From positions 1 through 23,186 of the forward strand of contig JBGSTX010000067.1 in NCBI GenBank assembly GCA_041736305.1: DNA of 23,186 bases. Reading direction: 5' to 3'. Below are positions 1-9,195 of this stretch, in pieces. Below the pieces are notes generated by a model. The model did not search any database. It worked only from the letters and a program-made list of their open reading frames with translations, and was not told the origin of the DNA. The stretch's first letter is position 1, and the number at the start of each line of letters is the position of its first letter. The stretch is from Oligoflexus sp. (lineage in GTDB: Bacteria > Bdellovibrionota_B > Oligoflexia > Oligoflexales > Oligoflexaceae). The position numbers and the translations under genes are program-made.

Positions 1-386
1 GCACGATCGGCTGAACGAAGCGTATAGCGCTGCTGCGTGGGTGGCGGCATTAGGCTGTCCTTGACCTGCACCAGGATATTCGGAGAGGCCATCACGGTCG
101 CTGCATCCGCATGACAGCCAGCATAGATGCAGCTGCCGCGAACCAAAGCCAAGACTTGAGTTTCATTGAGAGGTGCTGGAGTAGTTTTGGCGACCGGCGT
201 TGGGGCCGGTTTAGAATTATCCCCAGCCGCTGGACTGCCTGACCCTGGCGTTGGATTTTCGCTGACATCAAGCTTCCCTGCTGGGGACTCTTCCTGGGCC
301 GTGTCTGCCCGATACTCACCGGGCTGCTCCGTGCACGCCAGTCCAGAAAACAGGATACTGATGCTCGTCATCCAACTCTTGACCAT
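1..386 (-). CDS. Lipoprotein with putative c-type cytochrome domain (CX4CH); partial, runs off the left edge; absent from ORF track
   Basis: Manual translation from ATG at 386 (SD GAGGTGG upstream): MVKSWMTSISILFSGLA-C lipobox, Pro/Ser/Thr-rich linker, then LVRGSCIYAGCHADA...VKDSLMPPP. Open to the window edge; starts 10 bp after the upstream gene's stop. Confidence 0.8.
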   Translation of the reverse strand, partial: MVKSWMTSISILFSGLACTEQPGEYRADTAQEESPAGKLDVSENPTPGSGSPAAGDNSKPAPTPVAKTTPAPLNETQVLALVRGSCIYAGCHADAATVMASPNILVQVKDSLMPPPTQQRYTLRSADR

Positions 387-395
387 GACACCACC

Positions 396-836
396 TCAGT
401 TAAAATCTCGTTCCGCCAAGGCTGGGCAAAAATTATCCCTTGTGAAGCCATCAGCACGCATATCACGCACGGTCTTGCCGTCGAGGGTACGCTTATCGAA
501 AAGAATGTAGCTTGCTGGAATGGATTGGGGACCGATCTCAATAGGGCACTCAAGCAGGGGCTTGGACGTGGTGTCGAGAACAGGAAGCGTTTCCGGACAA
601 GGACCCGTCTTGCTCTCAAAATCCTTGATGGTATAGGCGGCGGCATCGAGTTTGGCCTTATCAACTTCTACGCAACCCCAGGCTACCGAGAAAAAATGAA
701 CATAGGTGCCTGCACCTGAGGTGACGGCGGGCTGCCCATCAGCAGGCTGCTGCTTGCCTCCCGTGCTCGATGACTGGGAACAGGCCGAATATGTGGACGC
801 CATTGCCAGCATGCAGAACATGAGACGCTTCATCAT
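396..836 (-). CDS. Hypothetical Cys-rich lipoprotein
   Basis: ORF track 396..848. Likelier start is ATG at 836 (GAGG upstream), giving MMKRLMFCMLAMASTYSA-C lipoprotein signal; four further Cys in the mature part. Confidence 0.75.
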   Translation of the reverse strand: MMKRLMFCMLAMASTYSACSQSSSTGGKQQPADGQPAVTSGAGTYVHFFSVAWGCVEVDKAKLDAAAYTIKDFESKTGPCPETLPVLDTTSKPLLECPIEIGPQSIPASYILFDKRTLDGKTVRDMRADGFTRDNFCPALAERDFN

Positions 837-878
837 TCTGAGCCTCACTCATAAATTCGCTTTTATCGAGCGTGTAAA

Positions 879-905
879 GTATCGGCAAAAATGACAGAAA
901 ACTTG
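879..905 (-). promoter_or_regulatory. Sigma28 (FliA)-like promoter
   Basis: Minus strand CAAG-N15-GCCGATAC versus consensus TAAA-N15-GCCGATAA, about 40 bp upstream of the 836 start. Confidence 0.6.
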
Positions 906-973
906 AGAGAATTGGTCTTGGTCGATTTAGCGAAAAGATTTCGAGAGGTTCCACCCCCTTTCGGCTTTTTTAT

Positions 974-2068
974 TCAAAGAGGAACAAATGTTTCGACCAT
1001 TCCAATCCCTCGTCCTTCGGTCTGATCCGGACGCACATACCGAAGATCACGAATCACGACCCGATAACCCTGTTCGAGTTGCTGCACCTCATAGGTGGGA
1101 AAACGCATCCAATTCACAAAGCCTCGAATATCAGGATTGGAAAGAGCCTTTAAAACGACGGGATCCGGATGCGGGACCGGCACAGGTGCAAAGCGTTGAA
1201 CGATCTCATTATGATTGAAGACAGGGACCTTCAAACCATAGTAGTGCGTGGAACTCACGGCAACGACTTCGCGATAGAATGGATTGGCCGGCAAAGGTCC
1301 AATCATAACATCTGTCCAACTCTCGCCATGGTTCGCACGGAGCCAATCGCTAACCTTGGTCTGCACGTGTCTATTACCTGCGGAAAGGGCTGCCAGATAA
1401 AGCGAAAAGGCCGCCAAACATCCCAGAGCCATCGCGCTCTGTCGTGATAGGGTAAGCCCCCGAATGCGCAGTCCCACAATAACGAGAATGCCAAACCACC
1501 AGACAACCTTCGCAGCCGAAGGGATAAAAGAGGCTCCCGTAACAAGAGCGGATGTGGCAAGCCCAAGCCCAATCCAAAGAACCTGTTTCCAGCGCGTCTG
1601 CGAATAGCCCAGTACAGCCGCAGCCCCCATCAGGAGCCACATCCAGGCATCAACAATAAACAGTGTGTCACCATAAAACCACCGTCCGCTAAAGGGCATA
1701 AGTAGCCGCACACCATAGGTATTAAGCCAATCCAAAAAGGGATGACTGAGCACCCCCAAATAGGCCAGCAGCATGACCTGTAGGGGTCGGGCTGGGCTGA
1801 GATCAGTTCGCTGTCGTCGGCGCAGAAAACGATCAAAAGCCAGGATCGCAGCGGTCAGCAGCAGAGGCAGGAGCAATTGGGCTACGACTCCGTGGGTAAG
1901 GCCCCGACGGTAATACAGAGCCGCATCCGAGCCAAAGAAATTCATGACACCGTCGATGTCGGGAAGATTCGCGCCGATGATCAGTGTTGCCGTGGCAAGC
2001 GGCGTGAGTTTACGCAGACCGGTTTGAGCCAAAGTAGCTCCAGCCAGAGTGTGGGCGATGGGGTCCAA
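974..2068 (-). CDS. Membrane-bound metal-dependent hydrolase (YdjM-like)
   Basis: N-terminal MDPIAHTLAG, ANLPDID, RRGLTHG, SHPFLDWLNTYGVRLLMPFS and FIVD motifs; multiple hydrophobic segments; TTG start with GGAGG SD. Confidence 0.85.
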   Translation of the reverse strand: MDPIAHTLAGATLAQTGLRKLTPLATATLIIGANLPDIDGVMNFFGSDAALYYRRGLTHGVVAQLLLPLLLTAAILAFDRFLRRRQRTDLSPARPLQVMLLAYLGVLSHPFLDWLNTYGVRLLMPFSGRWFYGDTLFIVDAWMWLLMGAAAVLGYSQTRWKQVLWIGLGLATSALVTGASFIPSAAKVVWWFGILVIVGLRIRGLTLSRQSAMALGCLAAFSLYLAALSAGNRHVQTKVSDWLRANHGESWTDVMIGPLPANPFYREVVAVSSTHYYGLKVPVFNHNEIVQRFAPVPVPHPDPVVLKALSNPDIRGFVNWMRFPTYEVQQLEQGYRVVIRDLRYVRPDQTEGRGIGMVETFVPL

Positions 2069-2160
2069 GTCATGTCCTCCGCTTCTATTCGTCGCAGTCT
2101 AATATGAATTGGCTGAAACCTGCAATCAAGGGCAACGCTGCCGGAGCCCTATATCTCAGC

Positions 2161-2187
2161 CAAGTCTGACACAGTTTCTGCCGATAA
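2161..2187 (+). promoter_or_regulatory. Sigma28-like promoter
   Basis: CAAG-N15-GCCGATAA (perfect -10, consensus spacing); lies 325 bp upstream of the next CDS. Confidence 0.5.
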
Positions 2188-2511
2188 TCGAAAAGTAAAG
2201 AAATTGCTCTTCTTAGTATTCTGCAAGACGCCTGCTTCTGATAAAGACTTGCTCCTATTTCGCCTTTGGTATCTTTGAAAAGAGTCTCTATAGCCTGGTG
2301 GACTAGACCGCATCGCTTCTGGTCAAAAAACCACGTGAAGACCGGCGAAGGACAACTTTCACGATCGCCATTGGCTGACCGAAACTCTTAATATTTCATA
2401 TTTTCAATATGTTAACTGCCATTCGGCCCACGCCTTCTACCTATAAACCCGCTCCCCCTATGCAATCGACATCAGCCATCCGATAAGCCCTTCACGACAA
2501 GTGGAGGCCCT

Positions 2512-5500
2512 ATGCGCTACATCAACGGCAAACTCATCTTCTCCCCATCCGACCTCGTCGTCTTCGCCGAGTCCGAATTCGCCTCTTGGATGGATCGCTG
2601 TCACAAAGAAGACCCCTCCCGCTTCGCCATGGACGAAGCCGATCCCCTGATGCTGATCCTTGGGGAGAAGGGAGCTACCCACGAAGCGAAGGTGTACGAG
2701 AGACTCAAGACCGAGGCAAGGTCCTTTGCTGACCTTAGAGGTGGGGACCTCGAACATACGATCAGAGCGATGAAAGAGGGTGTCGAGCTTATCTATCAAG
2801 CCGGCCTCACCCATGGACCCTTTGCGGGCGTTGCCGACTTTCTCCGCCGTATCCCGGGACAATCCGCTTTTGGGAACTATTGCTACGAGGTCTGGGATTC
2901 CAAGCTAGCCCGGACTGCCAAGACCTCGGCTCTTCTCCAACTCTGCACCTACACCGATATTCTCGAAGCCATCCAAGGCGTGCGAGCCGAACACTTTGGA
3001 CTCATACTAGGGAAAGGCAATGAGGAACGCTTCCGCGTCAGTGATTTTTTCTATTACTATGCGATGCTGAAGTCTAGATTCCTCGGTTTTCAGGATAGCT
3101 TCAATGCTAATCAAAGACCCGCCCCCGCTGACTCTCGCTCTTTCGGCAAATGGAGTGACGTAGCCACTGCAATCTTCGAAGAAGAAGAGTCTCTCTTTCA
3201 AGTCGCTCACATCACGCGACTGCAGGTCAAACGTTTCAACAAGACCGGCCTCAAAAGGATGACGGACCTTGCCAAATCCACGGCTGGCTCCATCCCAGGG
3301 GTGAATAAAGACGTTCACCAACGCCTCATCGAACAAGCACAGCTGCAACTCGCTTCGAAGGGCAAAGATAAACCGGAGTTCAAGCTATTGCCAGCCGATG
3401 GCAGCAAATTAGCCCAACTCCCTCAGCTGAATCCAGGTGACATATTCTTCGATATGGAGGGCTACCCCCTCGACGAAAACGGCATCGAATATCTCTGGGG
3501 TTACGTCTACCTCCAAGACGGCAAGCCGATCTTTGACTGCATCTGGGCCCATAACGCGGAAGGAGAGCGCCGAGCCGTTGAGAAATTCATTGATTATGCG
3601 CACGATCGCTGGCTGAAGTTTCCTGGTATGCACGTCTATCACTATGCTTCTTACGAGACTCGAGCCGTAAAGACCCTAGCCCAACGCTACGGAACCTGCC
3701 TCGATAAGCTGGATGACCTTCTGCGCAACGAAATTTTTGTCGACCTCTACGATACGGTTCGTGGCTCCCTTATGCTGGGTGCCGAGAGCTATTCCATCAA
3801 GAAGCTTGAGCTTCTTTACCGGGATAAGCGCCAAAGCGAAGTCACAAGCGCGATGGCTTCTGTGGTCTACTATCAGACCTGGCTTAATCTCAATGCTAGT
3901 GATCAGGCCGGGGCTGCAAAAGTCCTGGAAGACATTAGAATTTACAACAAAGATGACTGTGATTCGACCTTTGAGCTAGCTATTTGGCTCGACGCCCAGA
4001 AAAAAATGATCGGCATCTGCAATCCAACCCTGGCGGAAGTCCGCCCACCCGAATCCACTCCACCTGAGCTCGTAGCTCTCATGCAAAAGCTTGAGAAAAT
4101 GGGACCGGTGGGACAATTGATGGGGCATCTGATCGGACATGACAAGAGAGAAGATAATGTCTCCTGGTGGGAGCACTTCGCCAACCTCAAAGCCCCCGTT
4201 GAAACTCTTTTGAATGATCCCGACGTCATAGCAGGCGTGAGCTACAACGGTTCGGCTCCTGGCAAGGTCGATCGGAGTCTAAGCTATCAGTTCACCTTTG
4301 ACCCTAGTCAGCCTTTAGAAGTGGAAGAGGGGCAGTCTTTTATCTTTTCGTTTGGGGCTAAGCCGAGGAATGTCACGATTCTGCAGATCGATCTGGAGGG
4401 AGGCACTCTTCTCGCGAAGACGACTGAAAAAGATGTCCCCCCCTTATTCAATCTCCTACCCCCTCGTGAAACGGTCAAATCTCTCGACGAGCATATACTG
4501 GCTGAAGCTCAGGCCTACAGCGAGGGCAAAGTTCATCAGGCTCTCGACCACTTCCTCCATCGCCGGGCTCCTCAGCTGAAGGCAGGGGTAAGCTTGCCTA
4601 AGAATGAGAAGGAAACAACGGTTGAAAATATCATCAAAGTCATCGCAGCCATGGAAGGGAGCTCACTGGTTATCCAAGGCCCCCCTGGCGCCGGCAAGAC
4701 TTATGTAGGAGCCCAAGCTATAGCTGCTCTGTGTAGGGCAGGTAAAAAGGTAGGCATAACGTCCAACGCTCATAAAGCTATCGATCACCTTCTCGTAGCT
4801 GTTAACCAGCTTCTTGAGGGCTCGGGTCTTGGGGTCCTAAAGATCAATAAGCTGGATTATAGCCCAGCTCCCACCAACATTGATGTCAAGCCGAGAGTCG
4901 AGTCCTTAGAAGGGTATTCTCTCATTGGCGGCACTGCCTGGGCCTTTATTCGGGATGTCTTTGAAGGCAGTCTGGATTATCTCTTCATCGATGAGGCAAG
5001 CCAAGTGAGCCTCTCTAAGCTCGTGGCTTGCGCGAAGGCAGCCAAAAATTTCGTTTTTCTCGGCGATCAGATGCAGCTCTCTCAGCCGTCCCGGGCCAGT
5101 CATCCGGGCGAGAGCGGGCAATCGTGTCTCGAATACTTTCTGCAGGATCATGCAACCATTCCTGCCGATAAGGGGATCTTCCTCCCCCTGACTCGACGGA
5201 TGCATCCCACTCTCTGCGCTCTGGTCTCCGACACAGTTTATGAGGGGCGCCTGCACTCCCACCCGACGACTGAGGAGCGCTTTCTGATAAGACATTCCTC
5301 GTCTATGATCCCCAAGATAGAGGGAGTCTTGTACGTGCCAGTCGAACATCAGGCCAACCGGCAGTCGAGCCAGGAAGAGGCTGCGTGTATCAGAGAATTG
5401 GTCGACGAGATTTTACAGATGAAGTTTCAAACGGCACCAGGACAGGTGAGAAGTCTCAGCAGCAAAGATATCCTAATTGTGGCTCCCTATAACCAGCAGG

Positions 5501-5823
5501 TTCGTCTCTTGAGACGGACACTCGGCGAAGACTTTCTGATCGGGAGTGTCGACAAGTTCCAGGGTCAAGAAGCACCCATCGTCATACTATCGCTCGGCAC
5601 CTCGTCGGCACATGACGCTCCGCGAGGTCTAGACTTCGTATTCAACCGAAATCGCCTCAACGTTGCCCTCAGTCGAGCTCAGTCTCTGGCCATTGTCGTT
5701 GGCTGCCCGGGGCTTAGCCTCAGTTTTGCTGCCTCTCCTAAGCAGATGAGTCTTGTGAACTTCTTTTGCCGGATCGTGCATCAGGGTTCTCAAGAAGTAC
5801 TTGCGAAAACAAAGGCGTCCTAG
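2512..5823 (+). CDS. TM0106-family RecB-like nuclease + RNase H-like domain + Upf1/DNA2-like SF1 helicase
   Basis: Nuclease: SPSDL, PD-(D/E)xK-like GVADFL..YEVWDSKLA..LLQLCTY. RNase H-like: IFFDMEG, VYHYASYE, FVDLY, YNKDDCDST. Helicase: QGPPGAGKT, FIDEASQ, GDQMQL, RRMHP, APYNQQV, SVDKFQGQE, NRLNVALSRA. GGAGG SD. Confidence 0.9.
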   Translation: MRYINGKLIFSPSDLVVFAESEFASWMDRCHKEDPSRFAMDEADPLMLILGEKGATHEAKVYERLKTEARSFADLRGGDLEHTIRAMKEGVELIYQAGLTHGPFAGVADFLRRIPGQSAFGNYCYEVWDSKLARTAKTSALLQLCTYTDILEAIQGVRAEHFGLILGKGNEERFRVSDFFYYYAMLKSRFLGFQDSFNANQRPAPADSRSFGKWSDVATAIFEEEESLFQVAHITRLQVKRFNKTGLKRMTDLAKSTAGSIPGVNKDVHQRLIEQAQLQLASKGKDKPEFKLLPADGSKLAQLPQLNPGDIFFDMEGYPLDENGIEYLWGYVYLQDGKPIFDCIWAHNAEGERRAVEKFIDYAHDRWLKFPGMHVYHYASYETRAVKTLAQRYGTCLDKLDDLLRNEIFVDLYDTVRGSLMLGAESYSIKKLELLYRDKRQSEVTSAMASVVYYQTWLNLNASDQAGAAKVLEDIRIYNKDDCDSTFELAIWLDAQKKMIGICNPTLAEVRPPESTPPELVALMQKLEKMGPVGQLMGHLIGHDKREDNVSWWEHFANLKAPVETLLNDPDVIAGVSYNGSAPGKVDRSLSYQFTFDPSQPLEVEEGQSFIFSFGAKPRNVTILQIDLEGGTLLAKTTEKDVPPLFNLLPPRETVKSLDEHILAEAQAYSEGKVHQALDHFLHRRAPQLKAGVSLPKNEKETTVENIIKVIAAMEGSSLVIQGPPGAGKTYVGAQAIAALCRAGKKVGITSNAHKAIDHLLVAVNQLLEGSGLGVLKINKLDYSPAPTNIDVKPRVESLEGYSLIGGTAWAFIRDVFEGSLDYLFIDEASQVSLSKLVACAKAAKNFVFLGDQMQLSQPSRASHPGESGQSCLEYFLQDHATIPADKGIFLPLTRRMHPTLCALVSDTVYEGRLHSHPTTEERFLIRHSSSMIPKIEGVLYVPVEHQANRQSSQEEAACIRELVDEILQMKFQTAPGQVRSLSSKDILIVAPYNQQVRLLRRTLGEDFLIGSVDKFQGQEAPIVILSLGTSSAHDAPRGLDFVFNRNRLNVALSRAQSLAIVVGCPGLSLSFAASPKQMSLVNFFCRIVHQGSQEVLAKTKAS

Positions 5824-6238
5824 CTCAGCCGCGGCTAGGGACGACTCTGTTGGCTGCCAGTATCAATCAGCCGATTGCCGCGATTCAGGAGGCGTGTGAA
5901 GCCCAAAAGTTAAGCATCACTAACATCCAATTCTACGGCAACGCGAGGCTAGCTAACGACCAAACTGGCTAGAATCAAGCAGGTGAAAGCAAACAAGGTT
6001 CAAGCCTACCCACCCTTGCAAATTCATCTCGACACGCAGATTAAGTCCTGATAACTAAAATTTTCCGATTACGCTTCAAGCATAAGCCCAGACTGAGGTC
6101 AAACGATGCTTATCGCGCACGCTAGATCAACTCCCCTCTTGAGTCTTCCGTGAATGTTTCTCAGCTATTCGTCCTCGCTCCGCCCAAGGTAACTTCCACA
6201 GGAACGTTGCGAAACTGTCTCAAGAGAGGAAACGCACA

Positions 6239-8293
6239 ATGAGCAAGCACATATTCAAGCGCTTCATTATCTGCCTTGTATTCTCTCTAAACCTTATTGC
6301 ATGTACGAATGCCGAGAATGAAACCTCCGGGCTCCTTTCCGATTCCGCTCACAAATTCCAGATCTGTAACCGTACGAGCTTTGCTCTTGAGCTTCTAGAG
6401 CGCTACCAAGAAGGCAAACAAGATTACATCTCCCTCTGGCTTCGTGTCGGGCCTTACGAATGTGCTCCTGTCAGCTACCGTCAAACTAACTCTGATTATT
6501 ATATCCAGTCGACCGCGGGGCGCTACGTACCCGGCCCCACTGAATATAGCTACGATTCGTCAAATCAAGGCATAGTCTGCTGGGACCGAAGCATGCTGTT
6601 TTCCAAAAAAGCGCAGTATAGCTACGATGGAAACGAGGTGTTGTTGAGCGGTACTTGTCCGCACGGCATGGATAGAAAATCAGTTGCGTCTCTGAAGTGG
6701 ACTATTGACTCGGTTGGCGATCAAGATCTGATTTACACAGCATTAATTTCTACGGGGAAGATTGATGAAAGCGATAGAATCGACGGATGGAAATTTGTCG
6801 ATTTTTCGGAATCCGAGCTAGATCGAATAAAGAGAGAACTTACCAAAACCGAGCAAAGCATAGAGCGGATCAAAGATAATCTGAAGAGCTGCGGTAATCA
6901 GATCACGCAGTGGCAAAAGCAGAAGATCTTTTCTCTCGATACCAACGAAATTTCTAGTTTTGAAGCCTGCTCGGACTCGACTGCACGCAGAGCTATCAAA
7001 AGCACTATCGATGAAGCGAAAGAGAAGACTCGCAAACTTCTGCAGGACTTCCTCGATAGTGCTAACGGCTTTTTTACTCGCATACTTACTGAAGTTAACT
7101 CCGTCCTCAGCGAAACTTTTGGGTTTGATCAGGGGGCCCTGAGTTCCTTTTTGGGTGCAAAGGGCAGTACCTGGTCTCAACAGCCAGTTGACGCCTTTGT
7201 TCCGGAACTAAACCAGGCTCTGGATGCAAGCTATGGCCGGGACCATAAAGAATTTCTCGAGACGGCTCATGATGGGCTCCTGGTCATGGCTGAGCAAGGC
7301 CAGAGAATCCTAAACCAGTTGAACGATGAGCAGGCCGCTTTCAGCTACCTGAAGCAAGCTACCTCGGTTCGCGAGCACCTTGAGGGCAGGACGTTCGATC
7401 GGGTGGAAGAGATTGACTCTGAAGGATGGCCCACCGATTCTCCAGTTCCACAGGATATTCGTCAGGTGACGATCAAGCAGAAGATAGCTCCTCGGGACCC
7501 GGAACGGGCTGCGCGGCTGGAGGCGATACTGAAGCAGTGGCATAGCGCCGGGGTGCCTGAGACTGTTATTAAGCAGCGTTTGGCCTATATCGACGCTCTG
7601 CGTGCCCTGGGAGATGGCTTTGTCGCTGCAGCCTCGGACGTTCCCGAGGTCCTCGCTAAAATGCGGGATATCCTTGATGGGGCCATTACAGCTGCTAAAG
7701 ATGTGAGCACCTGCATCGCTTCGGTTGGAGTTGGTGGCGATTTTGTTGACTGGTACGAGCTGACTCAAGGGCGTGACTACTGCAACGGAGATGAGTTAAG
7801 CTTTTCGGGAAGAGTCGTGTCAGCCGTAGGCCTTGTGGCGGGAAGTGCTAAATTCTGGCGCGTGATGGGCGAAGCTGTTGGGATATCGGTTAATAGCAGT
7901 CGGGTATTTAAGAACACTGAAGAAGTTATCGACGCTGCGAAGGCTTTGGGATGGAAAGGGACGAAGGAAGTATTCGAAGATATCAGGGACGCTGTCACCT
8001 CCCTTGAAAAAGAAGGCAAATTGCCAGCCAGCTACCTTACAAAGAACGAAGCCAAAGCATTAGGCTGGGAACAAAGTAGGGGCAACTTGGGTGAAATCGC
8101 TCCAGGGAGAAAAATAGGTGGTGACGCATTTGGAAATCGGCAAGGAAAGCTTCCGACTGACAAAACTTACTTCGAAGCTGACCTAGGATACCGAGGGGGA
8201 TACAGAGGCACGGAAAGAATCGTCTACTCATCTGATGGTAAGAAGATCTACCTTACAAATGATCACTACGAAACCTTTACAGAGCTAAAATGA
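6239..8293 (+). CDS. Lipoprotein polymorphic toxin with pre-toxin TG-like motif and C-terminal barnase-family RNase
   Basis: Lipobox LIA-C; PT-TG-like GDFVDWYELTQGRDYCNGDELS..GRVVSAVGL; C-terminus LPASYLTKNEAKALGW..GNL..IAPG..IGGD.F.NR.GKLP..FEAD..Y.GGYRG.ERIVYSSD..IY.T.DHYETFT closely follows barnase; barstar directly downstream. Confidence 0.92.
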   Translation: MSKHIFKRFIICLVFSLNLIACTNAENETSGLLSDSAHKFQICNRTSFALELLERYQEGKQDYISLWLRVGPYECAPVSYRQTNSDYYIQSTAGRYVPGPTEYSYDSSNQGIVCWDRSMLFSKKAQYSYDGNEVLLSGTCPHGMDRKSVASLKWTIDSVGDQDLIYTALISTGKIDESDRIDGWKFVDFSESELDRIKRELTKTEQSIERIKDNLKSCGNQITQWQKQKIFSLDTNEISSFEACSDSTARRAIKSTIDEAKEKTRKLLQDFLDSANGFFTRILTEVNSVLSETFGFDQGALSSFLGAKGSTWSQQPVDAFVPELNQALDASYGRDHKEFLETAHDGLLVMAEQGQRILNQLNDEQAAFSYLKQATSVREHLEGRTFDRVEEIDSEGWPTDSPVPQDIRQVTIKQKIAPRDPERAARLEAILKQWHSAGVPETVIKQRLAYIDALRALGDGFVAAASDVPEVLAKMRDILDGAITAAKDVSTCIASVGVGGDFVDWYELTQGRDYCNGDELSFSGRVVSAVGLVAGSAKFWRVMGEAVGISVNSSRVFKNTEEVIDAAKALGWKGTKEVFEDIRDAVTSLEKEGKLPASYLTKNEAKALGWEQSRGNLGEIAPGRKIGGDAFGNRQGKLPTDKTYFEADLGYRGGYRGTERIVYSSDGKKIYLTNDHYETFTELK

Positions 8294-8568
8294 CAAAGTC
8301 TCAATTTGAAATAGATGGCAAGAAGATAAACACCGTGAATGACTTTCACACGGAAATTGCAGCGTTGCTTCGACTACCTGAATGGTATGGCCGAAACCTT
8401 GATGCCCTTTGGGATTTATTGACAGGTCATGTTGATACAAATGTAAAGCTGATATGGAAAAATCACTCGGTTTCTAAAGACCGATTGGGAAATGAATTCG
8501 ATAAGATAATTTCAGTATTTCTTGATCTTAGAAAGTCGGAACCCGACTTTGAATTTATTCTCGACTAA
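8290..8568 (+). CDS. Barstar-family immunity protein
   Basis: IDGKKI..FH..IA..L.LPEWYGRNLDALWDLLTG barstar signature; ATGA overlap with the toxin stop. Confidence 0.95.
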   Translation: MTKSQFEIDGKKINTVNDFHTEIAALLRLPEWYGRNLDALWDLLTGHVDTNVKLIWKNHSVSKDRLGNEFDKIISVFLDLRKSEPDFEFILD

Positions 8569-8639
8569 GATGCAGAGCTTTGGGCAAGAAGTTGTAGGCA
8601 AACGAGTCGCGGAGGTCATGACAAGATTTGCAGCCCTTC

Positions 8640-9195
8640 TTGATGTCGAACGCCAAAGATAAGCTTACTGAAAGGGACAAGCAGATCTCCGAACTCCAGC
8701 AGGTGGTAGGTGAACAGACCCTCCAGATCAGAGCGCTAAAAAAAGCATAGAAACAGCGGAACGGGACGAGAACAAGTCATAAAAGCCAAGACTGAGCTGG
8801 AGGCCGAAGGCTATAAGGAGTCAATCCGAAAGCTTTGCGATTGGTTCGATGTACCTCGGGCTTCTGTCTATCGCGAGCCAAAGGAGAGGCACAGATATAA
8901 ACTTGATGAAGGTTTCGTAGCGGAGATCCGAGCCATCATCGAGAAAAAGCCCTATTATGGTCTCCGGCGCATTGAGTGGGCCTTGAATCGGGAACGTTAC
9001 AAGCGGGTCAACATCAAGGCTGTTCATCGCATCCTCAAGATCAAAGGTTGGCTCATGAAAAAGAGGCAAAAAGGGATGCGCCTTCGAGTCGAATGTTGGG
9101 TTAGTCAAACGTCTATATCTGACACGCGCTGGGCAGTTGATATGTCCCATTTCATGACTCGGAAAGATGGCTGGTGTCATATTACAGCGGTCATC
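8640..9195 (+). mobile_element. IS3-family transposase remnant (orfA 3' end + orfB 5' half), truncated at both ends
   Basis: orfA end KQISELQQVVGEQTLQIRALKK with A7G run at 8738-8745. orfB frame from about 8776: SIRKLCDWFDVPRASVY..PYYGLRRI..VNIKAVHRIL..RWAVDMSH..DGWCHITAVI, breaking where IS3 integrase cores read VID. No terminal IRs seen. Confidence 0.85.

Noticed and set aside
166-510. Plus-strand ORF and other short overlapping ORFs in the track
   Set aside because: Antisense or alternate-frame shadows of well-supported genes, without motifs.
2334-2369. Pseudoknot CGTGAA/TTCACG + GGCGA/TCGCC
   Set aside because: Short stems and unfavourable loop geometry (1-nt L3); no recognised RNA family.
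2389-2416. ATATTTT motif recurring in several intergenic regions
   Set aside because: Low complexity; expected in AT-rich promoter DNA.
5766-5972. 68-aa ORF after the helicase
   Set aside because: Overlaps the helicase end, no RBS or recognisable motif.
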